In this document: in pieces, positions 25,653 to 37,127 of the stretch
Layout of the letters: each line of letters opens with the position of its first letter
Numbering within the stretch: the stretch's first letter is position 1
Assembly: GCF_038025025.1 (NCBI RefSeq)
Contig: NW_027117349.1
Span: 186,001-250,000, forward strand
Source of the DNA: Phyllosticta citribraziliensis
Lineage: Eukaryota
Reading direction: 5' to 3'
Length of the DNA: 64,000 bases
The notes under the pieces: model-generated
Seen by the model: the letters and a program-made list of their open reading frames with translations, nothing else
What the model was told of the DNA's origin: nothing
The model's database searches: none
Made by a program: the position numbers and the translations under genes

Positions 25653-25983
25653 GAACTTGGCAAGCTCGCGGTGGGGAGGGTGAGGATCAAAATAGTCAGA
25701 GCAGTATGACTCGTCGAGCTGCTCAAGGTCCGCTAGAAGCGTTGTTTGTCAAAGATGCAAACACACTCGCTGGCTGTCGGCGGCGGGCACTCGGAGGTTT
25801 GCGCCGGCGGTGAGCCACATCTGGCATAGCGTCTGGCCGAAAAGTTGCTCCCTGTTAGAGATCAGCACGGCCCTGCGCGCCCCAGCCGGCAAACTGGACC
25901 AAAAGTTCCCGCAGACTTTTGGATGCACAACCGAACACTTCGATTCCGCCCTCGAAAAGTTTGCCTCCAAGCAAAAATTCACA

Positions 25984-27321
25984 ATGGGCTCGGGAAAGCT
26001 CGCCCTCTCGGCCAAGCACGCCCTTCCTTTCAAAACCGGCAACAAGCTGCAGCGCCAGGAGTTCCATCACAAGCAGAAAAAGGTTCGCGACAGCGCTGAA
26101 CGCGACAAGAGATTTCGACGGAAACGCGAGGAAGCAAAGAACCCCGAGCTCAAGAAGGCCAGACTTGCCCAGAATGTACCAGTCACAATCGACAAGAAGC
26201 GCACATGGGACGACGTGGATGGCGACGAGGAGGACATTCTCAACCACGCCGTGGATGTGGAGAGGCTGAAGAGACAGAAGCTTGCCGCCGAGGAGGCTGA
26301 AAGAGACGAGGAAGCAAAGGCGGGAGAAGAGTTCGAGGGTGATGATTCCGAGGACGACCGCGACAGCATGTTGGACGAGTCGGAGAGTGATGGAGAGGAA
26401 GAAGACGAAGATGAGGAAGAAGAGGCCCCCAAGAAGTCTCAGAAGGCCAATTCGGAACCATCGCGACAAGAGCGCGGCTCCAGCCCAACTGGATCGACCA
26501 TGAGCACCAAGTTCAGCATGACACCAGAGTCGTTGGCCGCAAAATTTCCAGCTCTGTTCCAGCCTCCACGAGAACCCAAGATCCTCATCACCACCTCAAT
26601 CAACAGTACTCTACACGCACAAGCTGAAGTTCTCACGGACATATTTCCCAGCAGCACATATATTCGCCGCACCGCTCACCGTTATGGACACAAGTACTCA
26701 ATCCGGGAGATTTCCAAATTTGCCTCGAATCGCGACTACACCGCAGTCGTCGTGCTGAACGAGGACCAAAAGAAGCCTTCGGGCTTAGACATCGTCCATC
26801 TTCCGAATGGTCCCATGTTCCACTTCAGCATCAGCAACTGGGTTGATGGCAAGAAGCTGCCCGGCCACGGAAATGCCACAAACCACTATCCGGAGCTCAT
26901 TCTCAACAACTTCCGCACACCTCTTGGTCTCTTGACCGCACACCTTTTTCGCACCATGTTCCCCCCTCAGCCAGAGATTCAGGGCCGACAAGTCATGACG
27001 TTGCGTAAGTGACGACACCCATCCAACGCCCCTATACCACAACGCTAATCCGCGCTCTCCGCAGACAACCAACGCGACTACATTTTCGTGCGGCGACACC
27101 GGTACATCTTCCGCGACAAGCGACCCTCGGAGAAGAGCGTTACGGACACAGATGGAAAGCCGATCCAGGGCGTAGAAGACATCAAGACCGGACTACAGGA
27201 GCTAGGGCCGCGCTTTACGCTAAAGCTACGCAGGATAGACAAGGGCATCCAGCAAGCAAGCGGGCAGGAGTGGAAGTGGCAGGCCGGCAGCGAAAAGGTG
27301 CGCACGAGGTTCGCGCTGTAG
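25984..27321 (+). CDS. RPF1: Brix-domain ribosome biogenesis factor Rpf1 (intron 27005-27064)
   Basis: [53 protein letters not shown]. Confidence 0.92.
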
Positions 27322-27602
27322 GACGCCTGCATGGTCCTGTTCGAGATGGAAGTACCAGTACAGTATTACCTACCCATCCAACTGTTCTATCGAGTTCGCC
27401 ATTTGACCAGCGCAGTTGTTTGTTCGATATGCTTGCTTTCGGGCATCGCGCTCATCTGATTGGGCCCACGTGAGCGCGATTGTAGGTAATCGGCCCCTGA
27501 CACGCTACTAACACGTGCCGCCCCACACAAAGCCCTACCCCACTTCATAAATCAAAAAAGTCAGTTTCTTTTCAAACTCAAGCTTGATTTCAATCAAGAA
27601 AC

Positions 27603-27768
27603 AGTCCAGTGACGCAGTGGCTAGCGTGTCGTTCTTATATTTATCCCCTCTGCGGGATGAGTATGGCCTCTGTGGTTATGCGAAAGTCGAGGGTTCGACC
27701 GTAAGTTCCGTCTTACATTCATCTGAGATGAATTTTATGCTAACCGCTCGAAAAGCCCTCCTGGACTA
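27603..27768 (+). tRNA. tRNA-Ile(UAU) with a canonical tRNA intron (27640-27677) and a second, spliceosomal-type intron (27701-27755)
   Basis: After removing both introns: acceptor AGTCCAG/CTGGACT (7 of 7 pairs), D-stem ACGC/GCGT with GG in the loop, anticodon arm TCGTT-CT-TAT-AA-TGCGA, variable loop AAGTC, T-arm GAGGG-TTCGACC-CCCTC (5 of 5), discriminator A73. Confidence 0.88.
27701..27755 (+). other. U2-type spliceosomal intron signature inside the tRNA T-arm (between positions 60 and 61)
   Basis: Donor GTAAGT at 27701, branch point GCTAAC at 27739-27744, acceptor AAG ending at 27755. 55 nt, matching mRNA intron size in this window. Confidence 0.82.
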
Positions 27769-27778
27769 GGACTGTAGC

Positions 27779-27784
27779 TTTTTT
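27779..27784 (+). terminator. RNA polymerase III terminator (T6) after the tRNA
   Basis: TTTTTT 10 nt downstream of the discriminator base, followed by further T-runs. Confidence 0.7.
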
Positions 27785-28590
27785 GACCTTTCTTTTCTTT
27801 TTTCTTTTTTTCGTTCCCACGTCGGCTAATGACCGATGATATCATCACTGCCTACCTACAGTACAGTCGTGTTCATTAGGCACACAACCCCTTTTGATAT
27901 ATGATCTATTTGTTCACTGTATCTCTCCCTTGGCTTACCCCTTTGCTTATCCCTTCCCCTGTAGATATTTTACGCACTGACTACTGCCCCCCTGTCCTTA
28001 ACCAATTTTGGTAGATTGATCGTACGGTTATGGTTATGCCCGGCATAAAGAGGACTAGGCAAATGGAGAATCTATGGAGCAAGGCAAGGGAGAGTTACAA
28101 TGACCATATCTCACCACGACTTCATTCTGCACTTCCAACTTCCACCTTATGCTCGACGAATTTCACTCGCACTTCCAGCGCTGCTGTTCAACCAAGACCG
28201 ATTGGTGCTATAGCTGTTGTACCAATTTGACCCCAACCTGTTCCTTGACGCAACCAGCAGACAGTCTCTCATAATATACACACCGCCAATTTGATCTGTC
28301 AGAAGCATTCCGTAGCTACAATCATAAGACGTACATTCCAAATCGCCCAATTTGCAGCGAATGACTCCAAACCGCGTACCAAAAGAAGAACTAAACCAGC
28401 CAAACCAGACGTCAAGAAGAAAGATCCCAGCCCAAGAGGCAATTTGAGAAGTGAAGCAAGCCTTGCTTTTCTCGTGAGTTCATCACCAACCACCGCGTCT
28501 CCTCCTCTCACTGTCCAGCGCCCCCAAAGCCACGCCAACCCCAAAGACACCCAGTTCCCACGCTCCCGCTGTCACCGGGCTTGCAACGAG

Positions 28591-30858
28591 CTACTTGCAG
28601 CAAGAGCCCTTGTCGTTTCCAAAAGCCAAGCGACTGACACCGTCAACGACGCCTCCCACGCCCGCCGCATTGCCCTTTGCCATGCTGGACGGGGTGCTGG
28701 AGTAGCTGGGCGGCACGTCCATGCACGGGTTGCGGTCGAAAAAGTTGCGCGGGCGCAGCAGCAGCGTCATGGGCTCGGCGGGCATGACGGGGAAGTCCTC
28801 GGGCGCCGGGAAGTGCGTGATGCCGAACGTGTGCCACAGGACGACGTCGGTGTTTTCGACGGACGTGTGCGGCGACGCGGCGATCCAGGCGGGCAGGCCG
28901 GCGCTGGGCTCGCCGCTCGTTTGCGGCACGTGGCGGCCGGCCGGGTGGATTTGCTCGTCGTCGTCTGCGGTGGTTTGTAAGCTTTGGGTCGGCTTCGATA
29001 TAGGGGAAGGGGGAGGGGAAAGGGGAAAGGGGTTAATGGTGACAAAGGTGTTTCTTACACTTGGTAACGTGGATGGCGTGACGCGCGAAGCCAGCGCGCT
29101 TCCACACCAGACTGCCCTCCTTGGGCAGCAGAGGGGGCACCTCGCGGCTCACCAGCTTGTAGCTGACGGGCTTGTGCGAGAAGGGGTTGAGCTTGTTCGG
29201 GTTGCACATCTCCCAAGTGCGGCCCGTGTTGCCATCGTAGTCGCTGGTGCCCTCTCCCTGCGTCTTGAGCGGCGTCTTCTTGCACCAGAAGGCGTTGCCG
29301 TAGAAGTTCTCTGCCGAGCCAACAGGGGCCTCGCCGGGAACAGCATCAGCGACCACGACCGAGTTGTTCGGGCCGTCAATATTGGGATCGAGGCGCAAGC
29401 AGAACAGGTGCTGATGGTTGTGCGCATTGACACCAGGGTAGACCTCGGTGCCCCAGCCGTGCAAGTCCTCGCCGGGGTTCATCGCGTAGGTGTTGAGGAT
29501 ACCGGTCAGCTTTATCTCCAGTTGGATCGTGCCGTCCTGGTGGAAGATCCAGTACACGCAGTACTCGTAGTTGGCGGCGGTGAAGATGTGCGAGATTATG
29601 AGCTTGCGCGCCCTCGTCACGGTGCATGATTCATCGCGGAAGTCGGTGTGCTTGAAAAGGATGCCAGCGTCCTCCTCGTGGATGCAGATGGCGTTCTTAA
29701 TCGTCTGTGCTTGGCCTGCCCTGTTCACAAACGATGCGTCCATGTAGTGGATGGCTCCCTTGCAGTCGCATCCGAGGGACAGCGAGTTGGTCATGTATCC
29801 ACCGCCGTACTCACCCAGGTCAAAGGCGTGCTTGCGCTGGTGGGGGTGCTCGGGGTTTCCGTAAGGGACGACCATCTCAGCGAGAGAAATGCGCCAGAAG
29901 ACGGGGCGAACGTTGCCCTTGTCGTTGAAGGTAACGTTAGACAGGACGATACCCTCCTTGTAGTTGAACCCAATGTGCAGGTTCCAGTTTTGCCACGAGA
30001 TGGTGCGGCCATCCATGTTGAAAGAGACTCCTTCGGGCTGCGTAATGTTGATGGGCTTGCAATCCGTCCGGAATCCACTTTCAGCCTCAATGGCAGCAGC
30101 GTGGTAGTTGATCGGCGGCGCGGTGCTGAGCGGTCTCCTGACCTTGGGGATGTCGATGTGAATGATTTCTTGGGTGTCGGCGTTGAAAATGGGGCAAAAG
30201 TCCAGCGGGAAAGCATACTGGCAGTCGTCAGGAGACGGCCGGTAGTACATGAGCGCTTGTTGAAGGCGGATCTGGTTGCCAAAGCGCTCGTCGTAGCCAA
30301 TCGTCCAGGCTGCTCCTTGTTAGCTGCTGATTTCGAGAAGAGGTTTTCCCAGACGTACGGTCACAGTAAACCTTGTGCATATCCTCCGGTGGAATGCCAA
30401 TGATGCCACACTGCTCAATGACCTTGGGGTCCTTCCGTACAATGGCTTCGACACCCTGCAGGTCCTCCATGGTAATCTGAAAACAAGTCAGCATAAGTCT
30501 TCCAGAGAATTGTTGGCACACTCACCAAAGGCTGGACGCCATCAGTCAAGCCCCAAGACACAATGGTCTCTTTCTCCAAATCCACCACGCCATCGTAGAC
30601 CTTGCTTCCTCTCCCAATGCATACAACATCCGCCATGCGCTTTGGCTTTGGAGCCGTCTTGGGGCTCTCCAGCCATGCCATCATCTCCTTCTTCCGGGGC
30701 TCCCATAGTGTCACAGCGTTGAAGTGGACATCTGGGTGTTCCTTCCGGATAATGGCGACAGACTTTTCAATTTCGACCTCAGAAAGGGGATCGAGAGGGT
30801 GGTGAGCAATCTGCCCCGTAACGTGGGAAGCGAGCTGCTTAACGCGTTCGAGCACCAT
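28591..30858 (-). CDS. Copper amine oxidase (TPQ-dependent), 4 exons
   Basis: HPLDPLS, TPQ motif TAANYEY, Cu ligands HNHQH and HFP, EDFPVMP. Introns near 30479-30526, 30310-30358 and 28965-29058. Confidence 0.95.
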
Positions 30859-31004
30859 TGTGTATGATAGAAAGGCTCAAACGTTGCTGAAGAAGGGCGA
30901 GAGCTGCAGCAGACGACGCAGCAAATGAGGAATGGGGTATAGGGTAGAAGAAAAGGTTGGAGTTTAATTCGCAAACGCTGGACTTTCAAGTCGGAGCCTC
31001 CAAG

Positions 31005-31205
31005 ATATATAGTAAACTCTGGGGAGGGGTCCTGACATCTGCATCGCCTGCCGCAGCCCGGGAAACTTTCGTGCAAGGCGCAAGGCGAATCCGAGCTCGG
31101 CGACAGGGCAATCCAGTAGTCCTTTGCATGCCGTAATGGGATAGCAGCTGTCGTTGGTCGCGTCCAGGGCGCGCAATTGATAACGGTTTCTCTCCGCGCG
31201 ATAAG
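31005..31205 (-). promoter_or_regulatory. Amine oxidase promoter with TATA-like box and clustered GATA sites
   Basis: TATATA at about 31005-31011. GATAG at 31140, TGATAA at 31178, CGATAAG at 31199. SYGGRG at 31019. Confidence 0.4.
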
Positions 31206-32322
31206 GACAGCTGGTCCGCCTCCACAACAGCCGGGTTTTTTTGGCTGCTTACGGCTAGTCTCTTCCCCATCTCGTCGCGGCCGGTGGCCAATTTGCGTTT
31301 AGGCTGGCGGTGCCGTCGATATGCAGGTCGTCTGAGCGCTGGCGGGAAGCTTGCCTCGATGCGCATATCTTTGTGGTGTTGCTGACTTGCTAGACTGCTG
31401 ATTGCTTGACAACGATGACGCCCGACCGGCCATCGTCCCAGCTTGCCGGTCCCCATGTAAGAGAAATGACTTAGTCGGGCATGTCTATGCGGCGGCCGTG
31501 TCCAGCCTCGGATGATGGGATGCTGGGGTGTTCTTGGTGTTGGCGTTGGGGAACCGCGGTAGATCGTCAAAAGAGGAAAAAATAGTAGCAATGATGATGA
31601 CTGTTTTCCGCCACGATGCTTTTGCTCATCTGCGTTCATGTGCCGAGGTACCGAAGCAAGCCGGTAGCAATACCAAGTTCACAGTCGCAATGCTAATTCC
31701 ACATCTTGGATGCGGCTCATTTGGGGGATGCTTTGATGTGAACAATGAGCGAAGTGAGTGGCTCAAACGAATGTGGCCAACAGTAATGCTGGAAGAATTT
31801 TGAGCATTTGGAGTTTTGATGCACATCAGGTATGGCAGCTCCTCCTCTTCCCAGCAAGGCATTCACGCACGTCAACATGTAAAGCAGAAAGAACGGATAG
31901 ATATTGCTCTATCCTCAGTCGCTAAGAGCCCAGATACCAAACCGGTCATATTCCACCAGCTCCCGACAAGTTATCCCTTTGCGGAAACGACCAGTGCGCC
32001 GACTAATGCAGGAGAGAAGACGAAGGCCCCGGATTTTGAAGATCCGCCGTGGCAAATCGCAAAACTCCAGCTCTCAGGAAGGAAAGAAAGAAGACAGACA
32101 CCAAGATACGGCAAAAACGCAACACCGTGCGCCGCTCGCCCGACGGCAAGCAAGACGTTTTCATAGTCCAGCCTCGGACACAGTCCTTCAGCAATGTTAG
32201 TTGAACCCCAGAGAGGGTCACATGGTAAAAGGAGGGTTTGAGAAGCATTATCGTCTTTTACAGGAAGAGAGAGGGCGGAGGAGGAAAGCAAACGCCATGG
32301 CGTGAAGTGAACTTAAGCTTCT

Positions 32323-33895
32323 TCAGCCCTTGTACTGGAAATTTCCAAAGCCTCCTCCCGGCGTCATGGCCCCCAGACCGTGTCCACCAGGCCCAGGGGT
32401 TCCGCTTGCGAGACCCGCCGCGTTGGTGACAGGCGTGCTCGGTCCTCCTTCCCTGTGGGGGGTGCCTCCAGTGTGGAAGGCTAGCGCCGCCTGAAATCCA
32501 CCGTTGACATTCGACGCATGGCCATGAGCCGCAAGCACAGCCGCCTGAGCTGTGGCAGAGGCTGGTGGACCGACTCCAGTAAGACCCCACATTTGGCCGT
32601 TCATGTCGGCTGGGACCTGACCGTCAAAAATCTTTGACCGCATTTGCCAAAAGACATTTCCCGTAAGCCATGCATCGGATCCTGCCTGATGTTGTGTCCC
32701 CACTCGCTGACAGCCAAGCTCTTCGGCCAAATCCTGCAGGCCAGACTTGGATCCGAGACTGTTCAGAATGTTTTGTGCTTGCGCGCTGACACCGTTCACC
32801 GTAACCAACTTGTGTGCGTGCCGCCAGAGGAACTTGACGTCCAGGAGACGGGGAAAGAAGATGCTGACGAGTCTTCGGTAGTGCTCTTCGTCGTCTGGCA
32901 GTTGGTTGCACCACATGAGCTTCACGAGGTACGCAAAGTCGTAGCCCGAGTGAAACGATATCCAGTTGACATCGTCGGAGAGGGCAAGTCCCGAGGTGAT
33001 CAAGAGCGAGCCGAATTCGAGGGGATCTATGCCCATTTCTGCATGTTTCTCAAAGTCGGTACCGGCCTTCTTGAGCACTTGGATTGAATCTTCGTTGTAC
33101 ATGTCCTCCTCCACCGAGAACTGGAAGTTGAATGTCCATGTGCAAGGACACATGACGAGGTTGTTCGAGTAGGGTCCCCGTTGTTGCACCGTTCCTTGTT
33201 CGATTTGCGCTGGCGGGAGTTCGCCCTCGCTTGAAAAGAGCGTTATGCCTAGTTGGATGATCTTGAGAAGGTCGACGTTGCAGCGAACGGTTTGGTAGTG
33301 ATAGCTGGCTTTTGTCACAAAATCGCCCATGGGACGCGCGACTACGCCCGGAAATTCGGTGTCCTGAAATGTCGAGTTAATGCTGTTTGCCAGCCGAGTG
33401 AAGGGCCTGTGTCAAATTCGCCGGGCCTGCTGGACGTACCATGCTGATGTAGGGGTATTTGTCCACTAAACTCCTCAGAATCGCCATTTCTTGAGCCATA
33501 TTGTGCTTCCACACTTCTCGTATCCGAGTACCCATGCCCTTAGCACCGCCTGCCGCAATTGTCGCCGCCTCGTGTTCCCGCTGTTGTTGCAAAGCTGCGC
33601 CGTGAGCAAAACCCATCTGCGCAGCATGGCTGGCCAGTCCTGAACCGCCCCCTCCGAGCCCTCCACCTCCGCCAAAGCCGCCTGCGAGGCTCGCGTTGCT
33701 CGTTGTTGGGCCGAATATGTTGACGTTGCCATTCGGGTTGCCGCCACCGAAGCTAGGGTGCTGATTCATATTCTGGCCTTGGAGACCGGCATTGGCGTGT
33801 TGAAGATGGGACGCTTGTAGCGCATGTTGTGGGTTCAGGTGTTGGAAGGGATTGGAGACGTTGTGAGGCGGATACCGGCTCACTGCTGGCGGCAT
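32323..33895 (-). CDS. CAF1: CCR4-NOT deadenylase subunit Caf1/Pop2 (one intron at about 33365-33439)
   Basis: IREVW, YISM|DTEFPG, NVDLLKIIQLG, WISFHSGYDFAY, GLQDLA, HQAGSD. DEDD residues intact. Confidence 0.95.
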
Positions 33896-34362
33896 CCTTC
33901 TATCGCGAGTCGATGGCCGATCTTGGGATGGGTTGGGCTCGGGTACGCATACGGGTTGTCGGAAGTCGGTGATCAAGAGGCTGAACGTCGAAGTACTTCA
34001 GGGAAATCGATAAGAGTGCCCGTCTGTCTCCGTGTCGTAAATTAGAGTGCGCAGGATGAAGTGGTGGGTGGTAGAGCTGTGAGATGAGCGCTGGTGTATT
34101 GATTACGGGCCCTGAGCTTTGATCGTGTGCGTAAACAATGCCGTTTTGGGCATTTTGTTACCTTACGCTCCCCGGGCGAGCTATGTCCAATCGCGCCTTG
34201 GCCATTACCCCGTCCACTTGAGCATCAGCACCCGCGTTCATCAGTGAGCTTCGGGTAACCATCCGGCTCAGTGCGATTCAAAGGTACAGAGTACTCCAAC
34301 CGTCCATGCCATTTCGCCTGTTTTGGAGCCATGCGCGGCTAACTTTTCCACGTCAGAACACC

Positions 34363-34674
34363 ATGGCGCCTCGAGGAAACTTGACCGGCTTTGACCCCAG
34401 GAAGCTCGCCGCAGCTACCGGCAGCCCTGCCAATGATCCGTGGAGGAGATAGTGAGCCCCTCCTCTGATGCCTTGCACAGCGACTGCCAATGCTGATTCG
34501 ATTCGGTACAGCGAGGCCTGGAGATACAGCGGCCCCTTCTCTCGATGGAACCGCTTCAAGGGCGCATTCCCCGGACTGGGCATTGGAACCGCAGCCTTCA
34601 TCGTCTATGTTGCAGCCGAGGCCTTCTTCTTCCCAGCGGACAAGAGTCACGGTCATGGCGATTCGCACCACTAG
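34363..34674 (+). CDS. NDUFB3: Complex I accessory subunit B12 (NDUFB3), intron 34452-34511
   Basis: DPWRR-YEAWRYSGPFSRWNRFKGAFPGLGIG, single TM, His-rich tail. Confidence 0.9.
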
Positions 34675-35382
34675 CACAGTGAATGGGACGACTTTCTACA
34701 AGGCCTGGCAGTAACAACGGAGGCGTCGGACGTGAATCGCATATCAATGCCGGACGGAAGCAGGCTACAGAGTGAATACAGCATCGGCGCCAATCGTGGA
34801 TTCAGCGTAGACTTCCAGAGGCTGAGGCTCCCAGCGCTGGTTGGCTCCAACGCGGAGCAGGTGTCTTTGTAAAATCGCCTTGGGGGCAATCGGCAATTTC
34901 TCTACATTTGCACAAAGATCCAATCAAGGTCATTCATGGTGAGGCGGTTCAGGACAGCATCATGTCATGCTTGGGACTCGGCGGGATGACATAATGAGAT
35001 TCCCCTTGGCCGCGGCGCTATAACGAACGCTACAGTGGGTTCGGCGCGCCTCGGCGAATGGCGACGCTCGGAATGGGGTGCTAAGAGCCCCCCGAAATGT
35101 AGAGCAAACTTGGGCCTATGACTGGTCAGGCATGCTCGAGTCTGTACCTAAATGGTTCACCACGTCCAAGAATTGCCGACAGTGGCTTCGTTTTGTGTGC
35201 CTTGTGACGAGAACGGCCTCCTCGCGCATGGAGGGGCAGCGGGCGGTGAGCTAGGAGCGCAACCAACACCAACACGCCGAGTCAGCGCGCCACCGGCTCT
35301 TTCATCCTCATCCAAGCCAACAACAGGCCTAACAGCCCCTTGTTCCTTCCAGCGGCATGCGCGACACTGCTCTTCGCCTACT

Positions 35383-36544
35383 ATGCCCCGAGTCTATCCT
35401 CCGATAGATGGCAAGACCGCTTCGCCTACGTTGTCCCCCTCAATCGTGGAATCGGTTGCCGGATTCTCCGCTGGCGTCATCGCAACTTTGGTCGCCCACC
35501 CTTTCGATGTCCTGAAGACGCGACTACAACGTCAGTACACGCCAGAAGATATCGAGCCCTGAGTTGACGCTCTCGCAGTGGACCGGACCCACAGACCGCA
35601 ATGGGGGAATTCGTTCCTGATCCTGCGCAACATTGTGCACGATGAAGGCAGCATTAAAGCTCTATACCGGGGGCTGATGCCGAACATGATTGGAAATTCT
35701 GTCAGCTGGGGTCTCTACTTTTTATGGCAAGTTGGTTGCCTATGGCGTGGCTCGAGTCCTTGCTAACGTGGATGGCTTCCAGGTACCGCAACCTCAAAGA
35801 CGTCTTCCAAGGCTGGCGCGGGGCAGGCCAGCGACTCACGTCTTCCGACTATTTCCTGGCCTCTGGCGCTTCAGGTATGACTACTAGCGTCGCGTGCGTG
35901 CGTCAGTAAACCAGTCAAATAACAGCCTCTAGGAATTTTGACTGCCGTTTGCACCAATCCCATATGGGTCATCAAAACCCGAATGCTGTCGACGGGCCGG
36001 AATACCCCAGGAGCTTACCGTGGGATCTCCCATGGCGCGTCGGAAATAATGAGGAAAGAAGGGCTCTCTGGATTCTACCGCGGCCTTATACCGTCACTAT
36101 TTGGCGTTTCTCATGGAGCAATCCAGTTCATGGCCTATGAGCAATTGAAGCACTTCAGGGGTTCAAAGGTAGGAGGCAAGGCCGAGCTGAGCAATTGGGA
36201 CTACCTCTACCTTAGTGCGTCTTCCAAAATCTTTGCTGGCAGTATGACATACCCATACCAAGTCGTACGGTCCCGCTTGCAGACGTACGATGCCAGTTCC
36301 GAGTATCGTTCGGCAAGAGATGTCGTCACTCAGCTTTGGAAAAGGGAAGGTGTTGCAGGTTTCTACAAAGGGTTCGTGGACCCATCCCTTGCATCTGCTT
36401 ACTGGCTAATTTTTCGTTAGATTGCTGCCGAACATCGTGCGTGTCCTCCCCACCACGTGCGTGACGTTCCTGGTCTATGAAAACACCAAATTTTATCTTC
36501 CTAGATTTTGGAACCCGGACCATGAGTACCACGACGATGATTGA
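35383..36544 (+). CDS. FLX1: Mitochondrial carrier, FAD/folate (FLX1-like), 5 exons
   Basis: Three carrier signatures PFDVLKTRLQ, PIWVIKTRM and PYQVVRSRLQ, plus SWGLYF and GVSHGAIQFMAYE. Introns 35531-35578, 35727-35782 (GC-AG), 35875-35932 and 36371-36420. Confidence 0.88.
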
Positions 36545-37127
36545 TCAGAGTAAATAAATATAGACTTAGAATATACCCGGAACAACGCCATGATTCGCAC
36601 AGTACGACAGCGCTCGACTTGATGGTGACCGGCTGACCACGAGTCAACTCCATTTTGACCATCTACAGTGGCTGCGAAAGAAACAAGTCATTTTTCACCA
36701 CCACAGTTGCGCCTAAAGAGTAGTCGAACCGTCGTCCGCCATCACATGTGTACTTGGAGAGCTATGGTTTGTTGCTGCGGCTAGACTCGAGGAACAGCTA
36801 TGCCGGAGGGTAGTACATAAGGATGACCTCATGCTGAAGAACCGTGCGGATGCTCACGCAGCTTCTGGGCATGCTCATGGCCCGCCGGAGTGTTTAATTT
36901 CTAAACCATGGGCCATCTAAGCATAGTTTCGCGTTGGTCTCTATAAGGGACCAAGGGAGTTGTCCGCATCTCCTATAGCATGTGATTTGGTTCACCTTGA
37001 AGCCTCACATAATATTCAGACAAGCCCATGGATTTCTCCTTTTACTTCTCGATACATTCGCGCATCAGTCCCTTGGATTTTGCCCTGCCGAATATTTTCG
37101 GTCAGGACGATTCTTGCCTCCCGCAAT

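Noticed and set aside
35031..35045. TACAGTGGGTTCGG resembling the MITE terminus
   Set aside because: The match stops after about 10 nt and I found no partner inverted repeat nearby.
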